A stretch of 64,000 bases of DNA from Kaistella sp. (GCA_041913105.1 JAYSFV010000002.1:353834-417833), one strand, 5' to 3'. Numbered from the stretch's first letter, positions 37,245 to 47,960 are shown. Program-made: numbers and translations. The notes: generated by a model from the sequence alone, not told the origin.

Positions 37245-37278
37245 GGGCTACGGCAATTGCTTAAGCCCTCTTTTATTA
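37245..37278 (+). terminator. weak terminator/attenuator hairpin
   Basis: AGGGCT-14 nt-AGCCCT followed by CTTTTATT. Confidence 0.45.
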
Positions 37279-37341
37279 ACATAGCCCTTTTGGGGGCAAC
37301 ATAGTCCTGTGCAGGCCTGCCAGGTAAAAAGCTAAAAATTT

Positions 37342-40300
37342 ATGGGATTTATAGACAAAGTTCTAAAAGGTTTCCTCGGCGATAAAAATGCAACCGACCT
37401 TAAAGAAGTAAAAAAAGTAGTTCTTAAAATAAAAGCAGTTGAACCACAAATCCAACAACTTACGGATGATGGTTTAAGAGATAAGACCGCTGAGTTCAAA
37501 GATAAACTGAAAAATGCTACGGCAAACATTACAACGCAAATTGAGCAGACCCAGGAACAAATAAAAAATTCCACCAATATTGACGAGAAAGAAGCGCTTT
37601 TCACAAAAATAGAGCAGCTGAAAAAAGATTCTTATCAAATTGAAGAAAAAGTGCTTAATGAAATTCTTCCGGAAGCATTTGCCTTACTTAAAGAAACTTC
37701 CAGAAGATTAGCACAGAACGGAGAGATTCGCGTTACCGCTACAGATCTAGATCGTCAACTTGCTTTAACGAAAGATTTCGTTGAGTTAGACGGTGATATT
37801 GCTGTTTGGAAGAACCGTTGGGACGCCGCTGGGACCCCTGTAGTTTGGGATATGGTACATTACGACGTGCAGTTTATCGGTGGGGTCGTGCTCCATAGTG
37901 GTAAAATTGCTGAAATGGCGACCGGTGAAGGTAAAACTTTAGTTGGTACACTTCCTATTTATCTTAACGCGCTTCCAGGACGTGGTGTACACGTCGTAAC
38001 GGTTAACGATTATCTTGCAAAGCGTGACTCTGCTTGGATGGGACCGTTGTATCAGTTCCATGGCCTTACCATTGATTGTATTGATTTACATCAGCCAAAT
38101 TCCGATTCCCGTCGTAAAGCTTATCAGGCAAGTATTACCTACGGAACGAATAATGAGTTTGGTTTCGATTATTTGAGAGATAACATGGTAACCTCACCTT
38201 CAGAACTCGTTCAGGGTGAACTTAATTTTGCCATTGTCGATGAGGTAGATTCCGTATTGGTCGATGACGCAAGAACTCCACTAATTATTTCTGGTCCGGT
38301 TCCGCAGGGTGATCGTCAAGAATATGATGTCTTAAAACCATCCGTAGACCGTATCGTTGAGATGCAGAAGAAGACCGTTTCTGCCATTTTCAATGAAGCA
38401 AAAAAATTAATCGCCAATGGAAATACAAAAGAAGGAGGTTTCAAATTACTTCAAGCGTATCGTGGTTTGCCGAAATCTCGCCCACTGATTAAATTCTTGT
38501 CAGAAAGCGGGAATAAAGCACTTCTCCAAAAAACAGAAGGACAGTACATGGCCGACAACAACCGTGAAATGCCTAAAGTTGATAAGGACCTTTATTTCGT
38601 AATTGATGAAAAAAACAATCAGATAGAACTTACGGATAAAGGGGTTGAATACATGTCTGCCGGTAACGAAGACAAAGATTTCTTTGTATTGAATGATATC
38701 GGAACGGAGATCGCAGAACTTGAGTCTAAAAATTTAAGTAAAGAAGAAGAATTTGAGGCGAAAGAAAAGTTATTCAGTGAGTTTGCAGTAAAATCTGAAA
38801 GAATCCACACGTTAAGCCAACTTTTAAAAGCATATACCTTATTTGAAAAAGATGACGAGTATGTGGTAATCGACGGTGAAGTAAAAATTGTGGACGAGCA
38901 AACCGGCCGTATTATGGAAGGTCGCCGTTACTCAGACGGTCTTCACCAAGCGATTGAAGCAAAAGAAAATGTAAAAATCGAAGCGGCTACTCAAACTTTT
39001 GCAACAATTACCCTTCAGAACTATTTCCGTATGTACAACAAGTTGGCTGGGATGACAGGTACTGCAGAAACAGAGGCAAGCGAACTTTGGCAGATTTATA
39101 AACTCGATGTAGTGGTAATTCCTACCAATAGACCAATTCTCCGTGAAGATAAACAAGATTTAGTATTCAAGACAAACCGCGAGAAATATAATGCTGTTAT
39201 TGAAGAGATTGAAAGACTTACAGCTGCTGGAAGACCAGTACTTGTAGGTACTACTTCCGTTGAAATCTCTCAACTTTTGTCTAGAGCATTGCAACTAAGA
39301 AAAATTCAGCATAACGTTCTTAATGCGAAGTTACACGCCAAAGAAGCTGAGATTGTAGCGATGGCTGGTGGACCGGGTGTTGTTACGATTGCAACAAACA
39401 TGGCTGGTAGAGGTACCGACATCAAATTACAAGGCGATGTTAAGAAAAACGGAGGTCTTGCGATTATTGGTACCGAGCGTCACGATTCTCGTCGTGTTGA
39501 CCGTCAGCTTCGTGGTAGAGCCGGTCGTCAGGGAGATCCCGGAAGTTCTCAGTTCTATGTTTCTTTAGAAGATAATTTGATGCGTCTTTTCGGTTCAGAA
39601 AGAATCGCGAAAATGATGGACAGAATGGGCCATAAAGAAGGGGAAGTTATCCAACATTCCATGATTTCAAAGTCTATTGAAAGAGCCCAGAAAAAAGTAG
39701 AACAGAACAACTTCGGTATCAGAAAGCGTCTATTGGAGTACGATGATGTGATGAATAAGCAGCGTGACGTTATCTACAAAAGAAGAAAGAATGCGCTTTT
39801 CGGGGATCACCTAAAATATGATATTTCTAACATGATCTTTGATGTTTCTCAGTCAATTGTTACGCAAACAAAGATGGAGAACGATTTCAAAGAGTTTGAA
39901 TACGAAATTATCAAGCATTTCACGATGGAAAGTCCGGTTTCTGAAAATGATTTCAAAACGAAACAACCTGCAGAACTTACCAATATACTGTTCAAAGCAG
40001 CCACAGAGGATTACCGAATGAAGCTTGAACTTCTGAAAGAAAAATCGTTCCCGATCATTGAGAATGTTTACCAAAATCAAGGTTCAATGTTCAAAATGAT
40101 TCAGGTTCCTTTTACTGATGGGGCTAAAACAATGACAATCGTAACCGATTTGAAGGAGGCGTATGAAACGAAATGTGAGTCTTTAATCAACGATTTCGAG
40201 AAAAATATCTCACTAGCGATTATCGACGAAAACTGGAAACTTCACCTACGTGAAATGGACGACTTACGAAGATCTTCACAAGGTGCAGTCTACGAACAGA

Positions 40301-40413
40301 AAGATCCTTTGGTAATCTATAAACAAGAATCTTTCTACCTTTTCAGCGAAATGGTTGAGAAAGTAAACAGAGAAATAGTATCATTCCTTTATAAAGGAGA
40401 GATTCCTTCATAA
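37342..40413 (+). CDS. secA: preprotein translocase ATPase SecA
   Basis: 1023 aa with [10 protein letters not shown] Walker A and a [23 protein letters not shown]-like motif. There is no C-terminal Cys-rich zinc finger. Confidence 0.97.
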   Translation: MGFIDKVLKGFLGDKNATDLKEVKKVVLKIKAVEPQIQQLTDDGLRDKTAEFKDKLKNATANITTQIEQTQEQIKNSTNIDEKEALFTKIEQLKKDSYQIEEKVLNEILPEAFALLKETSRRLAQNGEIRVTATDLDRQLALTKDFVELDGDIAVWKNRWDAAGTPVVWDMVHYDVQFIGGVVLHSGKIAEMATGEGKTLVGTLPIYLNALPGRGVHVVTVNDYLAKRDSAWMGPLYQFHGLTIDCIDLHQPNSDSRRKAYQASITYGTNNEFGFDYLRDNMVTSPSELVQGELNFAIVDEVDSVLVDDARTPLIISGPVPQGDRQEYDVLKPSVDRIVEMQKKTVSAIFNEAKKLIANGNTKEGGFKLLQAYRGLPKSRPLIKFLSESGNKALLQKTEGQYMADNNREMPKVDKDLYFVIDEKNNQIELTDKGVEYMSAGNEDKDFFVLNDIGTEIAELESKNLSKEEEFEAKEKLFSEFAVKSERIHTLSQLLKAYTLFEKDDEYVVIDGEVKIVDEQTGRIMEGRRYSDGLHQAIEAKENVKIEAATQTFATITLQNYFRMYNKLAGMTGTAETEASELWQIYKLDVVVIPTNRPILREDKQDLVFKTNREKYNAVIEEIERLTAAGRPVLVGTTSVEISQLLSRALQLRKIQHNVLNAKLHAKEAEIVAMAGGPGVVTIATNMAGRGTDIKLQGDVKKNGGLAIIGTERHDSRRVDRQLRGRAGRQGDPGSSQFYVSLEDNLMRLFGSERIAKMMDRMGHKEGEVIQHSMISKSIERAQKKVEQNNFGIRKRLLEYDDVMNKQRDVIYKRRKNALFGDHLKYDISNMIFDVSQSIVTQTKMENDFKEFEYEIIKHFTMESPVSENDFKTKQPAELTNILFKAATEDYRMKLELLKEKSFPIIENVYQNQGSMFKMIQVPFTDGAKTMTIVTDLKEAYETKCESLINDFEKNISLAIIDENWKLHLREMDDLRRSSQGAVYEQKDPLVIYKQESFYLFSEMVEKVNREIVSFLYKGEIPS

Positions 40414-40434
40414 GAAAAGAAAGGTTAATATCAT

Positions 40435-40467
40435 AAACTTCTTCACCAAGGTGAAGAAGTTTTTTTA
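40435..40467 (+). terminator. rho-independent terminator
   Basis: AAACTTCTTCACC / GGTGAAGAAGTTT stem followed by TTTTT. Confidence 0.8.
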
Positions 40468-40510
40468 TTCCATTTGTAATTTCGTATTTTTAAAGTCTTA
40501 ATTAATCAAA

Positions 40511-41479
40511 ATGTCATTAGTAGATTTGTCAAAGCAGGTTGCATTAGGAGTAGATATCGGCGGTACTAACACTAAATATGGGTTGGTAAACCATCGTGGT
40601 GAGATTCTAGAGAAAGGAAGTATCCGCACCGATAGCTATGAGAAAGTAGAAGATTTCATAGATGCCCTATATGAACGTATTAATCCTTTGCTGAATAAAC
40701 ACAGTTCTCAACGTCGTTTCGACGGGATAGGAGTTGGAGCGCCTAATGCCAATTATTTCCGTGGGACCATAGAGCAGGCACCAAATCTACGCTGGAAGGG
40801 TATTGTGCCCTTTGCAGATTTAATGACTGAAAAATTCGGCGTGCCTTGTAAGATGACGAATGATGCAAACGCTGCAGCTTTAGGGGAAATGATGTTTGGA
40901 GCCGCACGCGGAATGAAAGATTTTATCATGATTACCCTAGGGACAGGAGTTGGTAGTGGGATTATCAGTGGTGGACAATTAATATACGGACATGATGGTT
41001 TTGCCGGTGAGTTAGGTCATACCATCGTTAAGCCTGGCGGACGAAAACACTGGAGTACCGGTTCCGAAGGTTCTCTCGAAGCTTATGCTTCTGCAACCGG
41101 AATCGCAATTACAGCGAAAAAAATGCGAGCAGAATTTCCGGATTCTCTGTTAAATGGCTATCCAGAAGAAGCCATAAATTCGAAAGTTGTGCATGAATGT
41201 GCAAAAAAAGGCGATGCTACCGCAATCGAAGTATTTCGCTATACCGGCCAAAAGTTGGGTGAAGCATTGGCTAATTTTGTAATGTTTTCTTCACCGGAAG
41301 CGATTTTGCTTTTCGGCGGCGTTATAAAAGCTGGAGATTTCATTTTAAAACCTACAAAACTTCATATGGAACGTAATTTACTTCCGATTTTTAGGAATAA
41401 AGTAAAACTCGTTTTCAGCGAACTCGATGAAGCGGACGCGGCCATTTTAGGGGCAAGTGCACTGGTTTGGGAAAAGTAG
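40511..41479 (+). CDS. ROK-family sugar kinase (glucokinase-like)
   Basis: 322 aa with DIGGTNTK and GTGVGSG motifs. Confidence 0.85.
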   Translation: MSLVDLSKQVALGVDIGGTNTKYGLVNHRGEILEKGSIRTDSYEKVEDFIDALYERINPLLNKHSSQRRFDGIGVGAPNANYFRGTIEQAPNLRWKGIVPFADLMTEKFGVPCKMTNDANAAALGEMMFGAARGMKDFIMITLGTGVGSGIISGGQLIYGHDGFAGELGHTIVKPGGRKHWSTGSEGSLEAYASATGIAITAKKMRAEFPDSLLNGYPEEAINSKVVHECAKKGDATAIEVFRYTGQKLGEALANFVMFSSPEAILLFGGVIKAGDFILKPTKLHMERNLLPIFRNKVKLVFSELDEADAAILGASALVWEK

Positions 41480-41506
41480 AAGAAACGATTATATATAATT
41501 TAGGAT

Positions 41507-41529
41507 GGACATTTTAGATGTCCTTTTTT
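41507..41529 (+). terminator. rho-independent terminator
   Basis: GGACAT-tttag-ATGTCC followed by TTTTTT. Confidence 0.6.
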
Positions 41530-41562
41530 CATTTATAAAAACTTCCGATCGCACGCATGATA

Positions 41563-41570
41563 TAGATTTG
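41563..41570 (+). promoter_or_regulatory. candidate msrA -7 box
   Basis: TAGATTTG lies 32 nt before ATG 41603. Confidence 0.4.
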
Positions 41571-41602
41571 TAATTTTTCAAATAGATATTCGTTATAAGG
41601 AA

Positions 41603-42256
41603 ATGATAAGGATTTTACTATTTTTGATTACTCTAATACTGTATTCCTGTAAAGGACAGGAAACCAAGAAACCTATTATTAAAAACCAAAAGATGGATAA
41701 AGCGAATTTAGAATATATTACCTTTGGAGGTGGATGCTTTTGGTGTGTTGAAAGTTGTTTCAATATGCTAAAAGGGGTAGATGTTGCCGTTTCCGGATAT
41801 TCCGGTGGTCATAAAGCAAATCCCACTTATGAAGAAGTTTGTACCGGGGAAACTGGACATGCAGAAGTGGTACAACTCGGATATGATCCCGACATTATTT
41901 CTTACGAGCAGTTGATGGATGTCTTCTTCTTCTTGCATGATCCGACCCAATTGAATAGGCAGGGAAATGATATCGGTACACAATATCGCTCTGTTATTTT
42001 TTATAAAGATGCTGAAGAGAAAGCGAAAGCAGAGAAAGCTATCGAAGATTCAAAAGCAATGGGTAGATGGAATGGCGAATATGTAACAGAGCTGGCGGCT
42101 TTTGAAAAATTTTGGCCTGCCGAGCAGTACCATCAAGGCTATTATAATGAGAATCCAACTCAACCTTACTGCAGTGCTGTAGTCGGACCGAAGATTGCAA
42201 AATTTAAAAAACACTACGCTGAACTTGGAATGTTGGCAGAGACTACTGAGTTATAG
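41603..42256 (+). CDS. msrA: peptide-methionine (S)-S-oxide reductase MsrA with lipoprotein signal
   Basis: 217 aa with lipobox LILYSC and the active site GGGCFWC. Confidence 0.9.
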   Translation: MIRILLFLITLILYSCKGQETKKPIIKNQKMDKANLEYITFGGGCFWCVESCFNMLKGVDVAVSGYSGGHKANPTYEEVCTGETGHAEVVQLGYDPDIISYEQLMDVFFFLHDPTQLNRQGNDIGTQYRSVIFYKDAEEKAKAEKAIEDSKAMGRWNGEYVTELAAFEKFWPAEQYHQGYYNENPTQPYCSAVVGPKIAKFKKHYAELGMLAETTEL

Positions 42257-42282
42257 ATTCAAATTCTTACTGAGTTCGAAAT

Positions 42283-42317
42283 AAAAATCCCGCTGAATTT
42301 CAGCGGGATTTCTTTTG
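42283..42317. terminator. bidirectional intrinsic terminator between convergent genes
   Basis: AAATCCCGCTG-aattt-CAGCGGGATTT flanked by A and T runs. Confidence 0.8.
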
Positions 42318-42329
42318 TCCATTGTTTGG

Positions 42330-44468
42330 TTATTTTACCAAAGTCATTTCACTGATTAGGTGACCTGCTTTTCCGTATTTTTCAATAATCCAAAGTACCA
42401 TTCTAATGTCAACATTGATGGTTTTCTGAAGTTGTGGATCAAAGATAATATCTCCACTCAAAGCTTCGCTGTTTCCATCAAATGCTAAACCTAAAAGTCT
42501 TCCGTGACCATCTAGGATTGGTGAGCCAGAGTTACCTCCGGTGATATCATTGTTCGAAAGGAAGTTTACAGGCATAAATCCTTTCTTATCCTTGTATTGA
42601 CCGAAGTCTTTACGTTTTACCAAATCAAGGAAATCTTGTGGTAAATCGAACTCTTCATCGCCCTTTTTGTATTTAGCGACCATTCCGTTGATTTCGGTGT
42701 AGTAATTATTTTTCTGATTGATACCCGCATAATTTCTATCAGCTCTAATTGGTAAAGTCGTCACAGAGCCCGTTGTTAATCTCATAGTAGAGTTTGCATC
42801 TGGGTAGAAAACTGTTTCTGGCTGAGATTTTCTTAAGCCATCTAAGAAAAGGCGGCTGTTTTTAGCAAATGCTTCATCTACTTTTGCATATTTTTCTGAA
42901 GCAAGTTTTTGGTCATTAACAAACCCGTTAGCCAACTTGAAAAGAGGATCAGCATCAATCTTCAAACGATCTGGGCTGTTTAAGAATTTCATCGCAGCCT
43001 CTTTGTTAGCAAATAATGATGCATAGGCTACAGTTGAAAGATTTTTTGCATCAGCAGCTAAAAGCGTCGGACTTGCATCAGATTTTGCAACTCTTTGCTG
43101 GTATAAACCTACCATTGAGTTTAGCATTTCGCCTTCCAGAGCGGTATTGAAACCATCATACATTCTATCGATTGCTTCCGCCACTTTGGGTTTCATTGCT
43201 GCCTGTCCTGCTGCATCCTGGTCAGCGTAAGTTTTAAACATAGATCCTAACTGGTAGGCAACCATGATGTACTTCGCATTTCTTTGCAACTGAGAAGAAT
43301 AATTTCTTTCTACATTTCTGTTGGAAAACTGAGCATAATTTGCTTTGATGTCATTTAAAACACTTCCGTAAGCTGCTTCGTTTTCCGGCATTAAGGCCCA
43401 AACCAAGAACTTTTCTTCAAGTTTTTGCTTGTCTGTTATTGTACCGTTTTTATTAACAGCATCAATTGTTCCCTGTCTGTTTTTCCAGTAGTTCGCTACT
43501 GATGCATATTGAGAAGCATAATCAAGTTTAGTCGCTTGGTCTTTATCCATATGCTTTTTCATTACATCCATTGCTAATTTAGATGCTTCAACCCATGCTG
43601 GATAATCTTTGGTTACCATTTGCTCGATTCCGAAAGACGTCAAGTAACGGTTTGTTCTACCAGGGAACCCAACAATCATCGTGAAATCTCCAGGCTCATA
43701 ACCTTTAAGTGAAATGGGTAATGCATGTTTTGGCTTCATCGGAACGTTGTTCGGAGAGTACTCTGCCGGGTTACCGTTTGCATCTGCATATACACGGAAT
43801 ACTGAGAAATCTGCAGTGTGTCTTGGCCATTCCCAGTTATCGGTATCGCCACCAAATTTACCTAAAGCATTTGGAGGTGTACCTACCAAACGAACATCTT
43901 TAAAATCTTGATAAACAAAATAGTAGAACTCGTTCCCGTTAAAGAAATCTCTTACAACTACGGAATATTTTCCGTTTTCAGAGTTTTCAGTTTGGATAGC
44001 CTTGTATTCTGCATCGATAATTGCTTTACGTTCATCAGCAGACATATTATTGTTAAGCTTTGCATTGATACGCTTACTTACATCGTCCATTCTAACTAAG
44101 AAACGCACAGAAAGACCTTTTGCAGGTAATTCTTCGCTTTTCTTCATTGCCCAGAATCCGTTTGTTAAATGATCTTTTTCTGGAGTTGAAAGTTCAGCGA
44201 TTTGTCCATAACCACAGTGGTGATTCGTAAATAAAAGTCCTTCTTTCGAAACTATTTCTGCTGTACATCCTCCTCCGAATTGTACAATTGCATCTTTTAG
44301 GCTGGAGTTGTTTACAGAATAAATTTCCTCTGGAGTTAGTTTAAGACCTTGCTTTTGAAGGTCTACACCATTCAGTCTTTTAATCATGGTCATCAGCCAC
44401 ATCCCTTCATCGGCTTTCAACTGTAAAAAGCTCATCAAAAAGGTGAGCAATAAAAGTGTTCTTTTCAT
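42330..44468 (-). CDS. S46-family dipeptidyl peptidase (DPP7/DPP11-like)
   Basis: 712 aa with a signal peptide and the catalytic His (FTNHHCG) and Ser (GGNSGSP) motifs. Confidence 0.9.
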   Translation of the reverse strand: MKRTLLLLTFLMSFLQLKADEGMWLMTMIKRLNGVDLQKQGLKLTPEEIYSVNNSSLKDAIVQFGGGCTAEIVSKEGLLFTNHHCGYGQIAELSTPEKDHLTNGFWAMKKSEELPAKGLSVRFLVRMDDVSKRINAKLNNNMSADERKAIIDAEYKAIQTENSENGKYSVVVRDFFNGNEFYYFVYQDFKDVRLVGTPPNALGKFGGDTDNWEWPRHTADFSVFRVYADANGNPAEYSPNNVPMKPKHALPISLKGYEPGDFTMIVGFPGRTNRYLTSFGIEQMVTKDYPAWVEASKLAMDVMKKHMDKDQATKLDYASQYASVANYWKNRQGTIDAVNKNGTITDKQKLEEKFLVWALMPENEAAYGSVLNDIKANYAQFSNRNVERNYSSQLQRNAKYIMVAYQLGSMFKTYADQDAAGQAAMKPKVAEAIDRMYDGFNTALEGEMLNSMVGLYQQRVAKSDASPTLLAADAKNLSTVAYASLFANKEAAMKFLNSPDRLKIDADPLFKLANGFVNDQKLASEKYAKVDEAFAKNSRLFLDGLRKSQPETVFYPDANSTMRLTTGSVTTLPIRADRNYAGINQKNNYYTEINGMVAKYKKGDEEFDLPQDFLDLVKRKDFGQYKDKKGFMPVNFLSNNDITGGNSGSPILDGHGRLLGLAFDGNSEALSGDIIFDPQLQKTINVDIRMVLWIIEKYGKAGHLISEMTLVK

Positions 44469-44524
44469 TGATAAAATTATTTATTAGGCTAAATTACTAA
44501 AAATCATCGCAATTCTGTTTATTT

Positions 44525-44559
44525 CAATAAAAAATGGGTGAAGCGAACTCCACCCATTT
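44525..44559 (-). terminator. rho-independent terminator
   Basis: Minus strand has an AAATGGGTG...CACCCATT stem followed by TTTTTATTG. Confidence 0.65.
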
Positions 44560-44580
44560 CTAGTCAAATGAAATTTGATA

Positions 44581-45927
44581 TTATTTTTTGATAAGTTTGG
44601 TGTTCTCTACGGCACCACCACCGTATACCGCTTGTAGGATGTAAGTTCCTTTCGCTAAAGAAGATACGTTGATTGCTCCATCCCCTTTGAAGTTTTTAAC
44701 TCTTTTCCCAGAAAGATCAATAATATTAATGTTTTCAATTTTTTTATTTGATGTGACATTAACAATATCAGTAGCAGGATTTGGATAAACTTTTAAAGTG
44801 GATTTTACAGCGTTATCAGATACTCCTAATGCAAGATTGCCGTTGAATTTTAAGATACCTTCTGCTCCCGTTTCGCCATCACTAAACTGTCCAGCCCAAC
44901 CGGTTGTCGCATTTAAGAAACTCACTTTTCCACGTTGCTCTCCCGCGTCAATGCTGGTCCAGGTTATGCCTCCATCAACAGAGTAAGCAGATCCCATCCA
45001 ACCTTCATCGCCGGAATTGATGCCAGTGGATACATAAGTGTTAGTTGTTCCGGGAACATAAGTAATGTCGCCAAAATACCACACACCAACAGTATTAACA
45101 GGCTCCCAGTTGGCTCCACCGTCAGAGGTTGAGTATAATGTAGCGGTGGTAGTGCCTACTGTATCTGCTCCGTCCACAGCGATTAATAGTCCGTTGTTAG
45201 TATCTTTAAATGTAAAAGTACCAGAGGATCCTGATGTTGTTACTCCACCAAAGTCAAGAACAGGGCTGTAAAAGCCTGACCAAGTAGCACCTCTGTCACT
45301 GGATCTTAAAATTCTGCCGATATCAGTTCCCATCCAAACGGTATTTCCTACAACTTCTTTAAGTCCAACATACGAGTATTCGGCTCCGACAGGTGCGGGT
45401 CTTCCAGGTACCAAAGTCCAAGTTGCTCCGCCGTTTGTTGTTCGGTACATTTCATACAAGCCTCCTACAGGGTCACCAGCAGTCCAGCCTTCGTTTGCAT
45501 CCCAAAAATGAATCTGGTTTCCGAAAGAAGAGACTGAATAACCAGAGGTCTGTTGTGTCCAAGTTGCTCCACCATCTGCGGTTTTCCAAATTCTGTTTCC
45601 GTTAGATCCCGCTCCGACACCAGCAGTTACAACCCATGCAGTATTTCCGTCGATGGCAGTAAGGTCTGAAATTAAGGTGTTAGACCCTGGTCCTGTAATA
45701 GGGCTTGCAGTCCATGTAGCTCCGCCGTTAGTAGTTTTAGAAACTAATTTAGGATAGGTGCCTGCCCCAGATCCATCATAAGCAAATGTCCAAACTGTGT
45801 TGGCGTCAACAATGTCGATTTCATCAACCCCGAAATATAATGGGAATTTTGTTGCTTGATTTACCCAGCTTTGTGCTTGAGAAATCATAGAAACCAGCGC
45901 AAAGCCAGTGAGTAGAATTTTTTTCAT
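44581..45927 (-). CDS. secreted BNR/Asp-box repeat (Ycf48/sialidase-like propeller) protein with T9SS C-terminal sorting domain
   Basis: 448 aa with a signal peptide. Six S/T-x-D/N-G-G-x-T-W boxes (TNGGATWT, ADGGATWT, ...). CTD KVYPNPATDIVNV...GTYILQ. Confidence 0.75.
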   Translation of the reverse strand: MKKILLTGFALVSMISQAQSWVNQATKFPLYFGVDEIDIVDANTVWTFAYDGSGAGTYPKLVSKTTNGGATWTASPITGPGSNTLISDLTAIDGNTAWVVTAGVGAGSNGNRIWKTADGGATWTQQTSGYSVSSFGNQIHFWDANEGWTAGDPVGGLYEMYRTTNGGATWTLVPGRPAPVGAEYSYVGLKEVVGNTVWMGTDIGRILRSSDRGATWSGFYSPVLDFGGVTTSGSSGTFTFKDTNNGLLIAVDGADTVGTTTATLYSTSDGGANWEPVNTVGVWYFGDITYVPGTTNTYVSTGINSGDEGWMGSAYSVDGGITWTSIDAGEQRGKVSFLNATTGWAGQFSDGETGAEGILKFNGNLALGVSDNAVKSTLKVYPNPATDIVNVTSNKKIENINIIDLSGKRVKNFKGDGAINVSSLAKGTYILQAVYGGGAVENTKLIKK

Positions 45928-46047
45928 AATATTTTAAATTTAGTTATTTTAAGTAAAATTATAGAATTTGATAATTATGAACAAATAATATTGACTTAAA
46001 TTTAACTCATTTAAATATTTAATGAATTTATCTAAATTACTTTTGAT

Positions 46048-46497
46048 TTATTTTCTCAACATTTCTGAGTGTGGAATGTCGTCTTCAAGGTATTTGAGCC
46101 CAGTTTCTATAAAGCCAAAACTTTGATAAAATCGAAGTAAGTAATCTTGCGCTGAAATTTTGATGCTGTGGTGTGGAAAACGTGTTTCAATAATTTCAAT
46201 GGCGATTTTTACTAAATTCTTTCCGAAAGAGGAAGACCGAAAGTTAGGATGAGTAAGTACTCTGCCTAATGAGGCTTCAAGATATTTCACGTGTGGAGCA
46301 AAAATGCGGCAATAAGCAATTATCTCCCCATTAATTTCTCCCCAAAGATGTAAAGCTTTTTCATCAAAGCCGTCTGTGTCAAGATAAGGACATGTCTGCT
46401 CTACCACGAAAACTTCTTGACGAATTTTTAAAATTTTGTAAAGTTGCTGGGCAGATAATTGATCAAATGGTTGAATTTTCCAAATTACTGAAGTCAT
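46048..46497 (-). CDS. GNAT N-acetyltransferase (ElaA-like)
   Basis: 149 aa with the acetyl-CoA loop RSSSFGKNLV. Confidence 0.8.
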   Translation of the reverse strand: MTSVIWKIQPFDQLSAQQLYKILKIRQEVFVVEQTCPYLDTDGFDEKALHLWGEINGEIIAYCRIFAPHVKYLEASLGRVLTHPNFRSSSFGKNLVKIAIEIIETRFPHHSIKISAQDYLLRFYQSFGFIETGLKYLEDDIPHSEMLRK

Positions 46498-47117
46498 TAG
46501 CCAAAGTTAACTTTATTTTCAGTCAGAAATAGATTCGTGCTATGAATGAAATCGAGGACTTCATCTGTTCCTGTATGTTTTTCTGCGGAAGTTAGATATA
46601 TTTCGGGTAATCCTTCCCATGTTTTCAGCAGTTCGGTCTTATAATGCTCTACATTGGATAAAGCGGCATTGGGTTTCAGCTTATCAGCTTTGGTAAACAC
46701 TATAGAAAAAGGAACGCTGTTCTCGCCACACCACTCGATAAATTCGATGTCAATTTTCTGAGGTTGATGGCGAACGTCAATTAAAACGAAAAGATTGACA
46801 AGATTTTTACGATTGAGAATATAATTGGTAATTAGTTTCTCGAAATCGCGGCGCAAGCTTTTTGAAACCCGAGCGTAACCGTATCCAGGTAAATCAGTCA
46901 GGTACCAATTTTCATTCACTAAAAAATGATTAATGAGCTGTGTTTTCCCGGGAGTTTGAGAGGTTTTAGCTAAATCTTTCCGCTTCATCATCGCGTTGAT
47001 GAGGGAAGACTTCCCGACATTAGACCGACCGATAAAAGCATATTCAGGCATGGTTGGTTCCGGACAATCCTGCCATTTCCCACTACTCTTGATAAATTCT
47101 GCAGTTTTAATAACCAT
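46497..47117 (-). CDS. engB: ribosome-biogenesis GTPase EngB/YihA
   Basis: 206 aa with G1 GRSNVGKSSLIN, G3 DLPGYG and G4 TKADK. Confidence 0.9.
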   Translation of the reverse strand: MVIKTAEFIKSSGKWQDCPEPTMPEYAFIGRSNVGKSSLINAMMKRKDLAKTSQTPGKTQLINHFLVNENWYLTDLPGYGYARVSKSLRRDFEKLITNYILNRKNLVNLFVLIDVRHQPQKIDIEFIEWCGENSVPFSIVFTKADKLKPNAALSNVEHYKTELLKTWEGLPEIYLTSAEKHTGTDEVLDFIHSTNLFLTENKVNFG

Positions 47118-47138
47118 TCTCTTTATATATAGGTGTAA

Positions 47139-47165
47139 ATAAAAAAGGGAAGTTTTTCAACTTCC
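47139..47165 (-). terminator. rho-independent terminator
   Basis: Minus strand has a GGAAGTT-gaaa-AACTTCC stem followed by CTTTTTTATTT. Confidence 0.65.
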
Positions 47166-47175
47166 ACTTTTGATA

Positions 47176-47931
47176 TTATTTCTGAAGCCAGTTGTAGAGG
47201 ACTTCGTTAAATTCATCAGGTTTTTCCATCATCGCAGCATGTCCGCATTCATCTATCCAAAATAAATCCGAGTTGGGTAGAAACTTATGCATATCTTCAG
47301 CTACTTCGGGTGGCGTTACATTATCTTGTTTACCCCAAATTAAACAAACCGGAGTTTTTATCTTAGGTAAATCGTTTAACATATTGTGTTTAATTGCACT
47401 TCTAGCTAACATCACGGTTTTGATACCTTTCATTCTGTCATTTACCACACCAAATACTTCATCGACAAGTTCATCCGTGGCCACTGCTGGGTCGTAAAAA
47501 ACTTCTTCGGTCTTTTTTCGGATATAATCTTTATCCGATTTCCTAGGAAAACTATCACCGAATGTTCTTTCATACAGACCGGAACTACCTGTCAGTACTA
47601 AATTTTTCACCAATTGTGGTTTAGCTAACGTAAGGATAAGACCGATGTGACCTCCCATAGAATTTCCTACAATGGTAACAGGTTCCGAACACTTTTCTTC
47701 AATAAACTTTGCTACATATTTAGCAATAGTTGTCAAATTGGTGTGTAATACCGGCAAGTCATAAATTGGAAGCACAGGAACAAATACCTTAAAACCTCTT
47801 TCCGAAAAGAATTTTACAGTCTTGTCAAAATTACTAAGTCCACCCATTAATCCATGAAGTAATATCAACGGATGGCCTTCTCCGGCTTCGATAAAAGAGT
47901 ATTTTTTTTCTTTTTTAGTAGTAAATCTCAT
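47176..47931 (-). CDS. alpha/beta hydrolase
   Basis: Nucleophile elbow GNSMGG. ATG 47931 is preferred because TTG 47955 lies inside the -7 box. Confidence 0.8.
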   Translation of the reverse strand: MRFTTKKEKKYSFIEAGEGHPLILLHGLMGGLSNFDKTVKFFSERGFKVFVPVLPIYDLPVLHTNLTTIAKYVAKFIEEKCSEPVTIVGNSMGGHIGLILTLAKPQLVKNLVLTGSSGLYERTFGDSFPRKSDKDYIRKKTEEVFYDPAVATDELVDEVFGVVNDRMKGIKTVMLARSAIKHNMLNDLPKIKTPVCLIWGKQDNVTPPEVAEDMHKFLPNSDLFWIDECGHAAMMEKPDEFNEVLYNWLQK

Positions 47932-47952
47932 AAAAGTGCTCAAATAGCCTTG

Positions 47953-47960
47953 CAAAAATA
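47953..47960 (-). promoter_or_regulatory. candidate -7 box
   Basis: Minus strand TATTTTTG lies 21 nt before ATG 47931. Confidence 0.4.
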
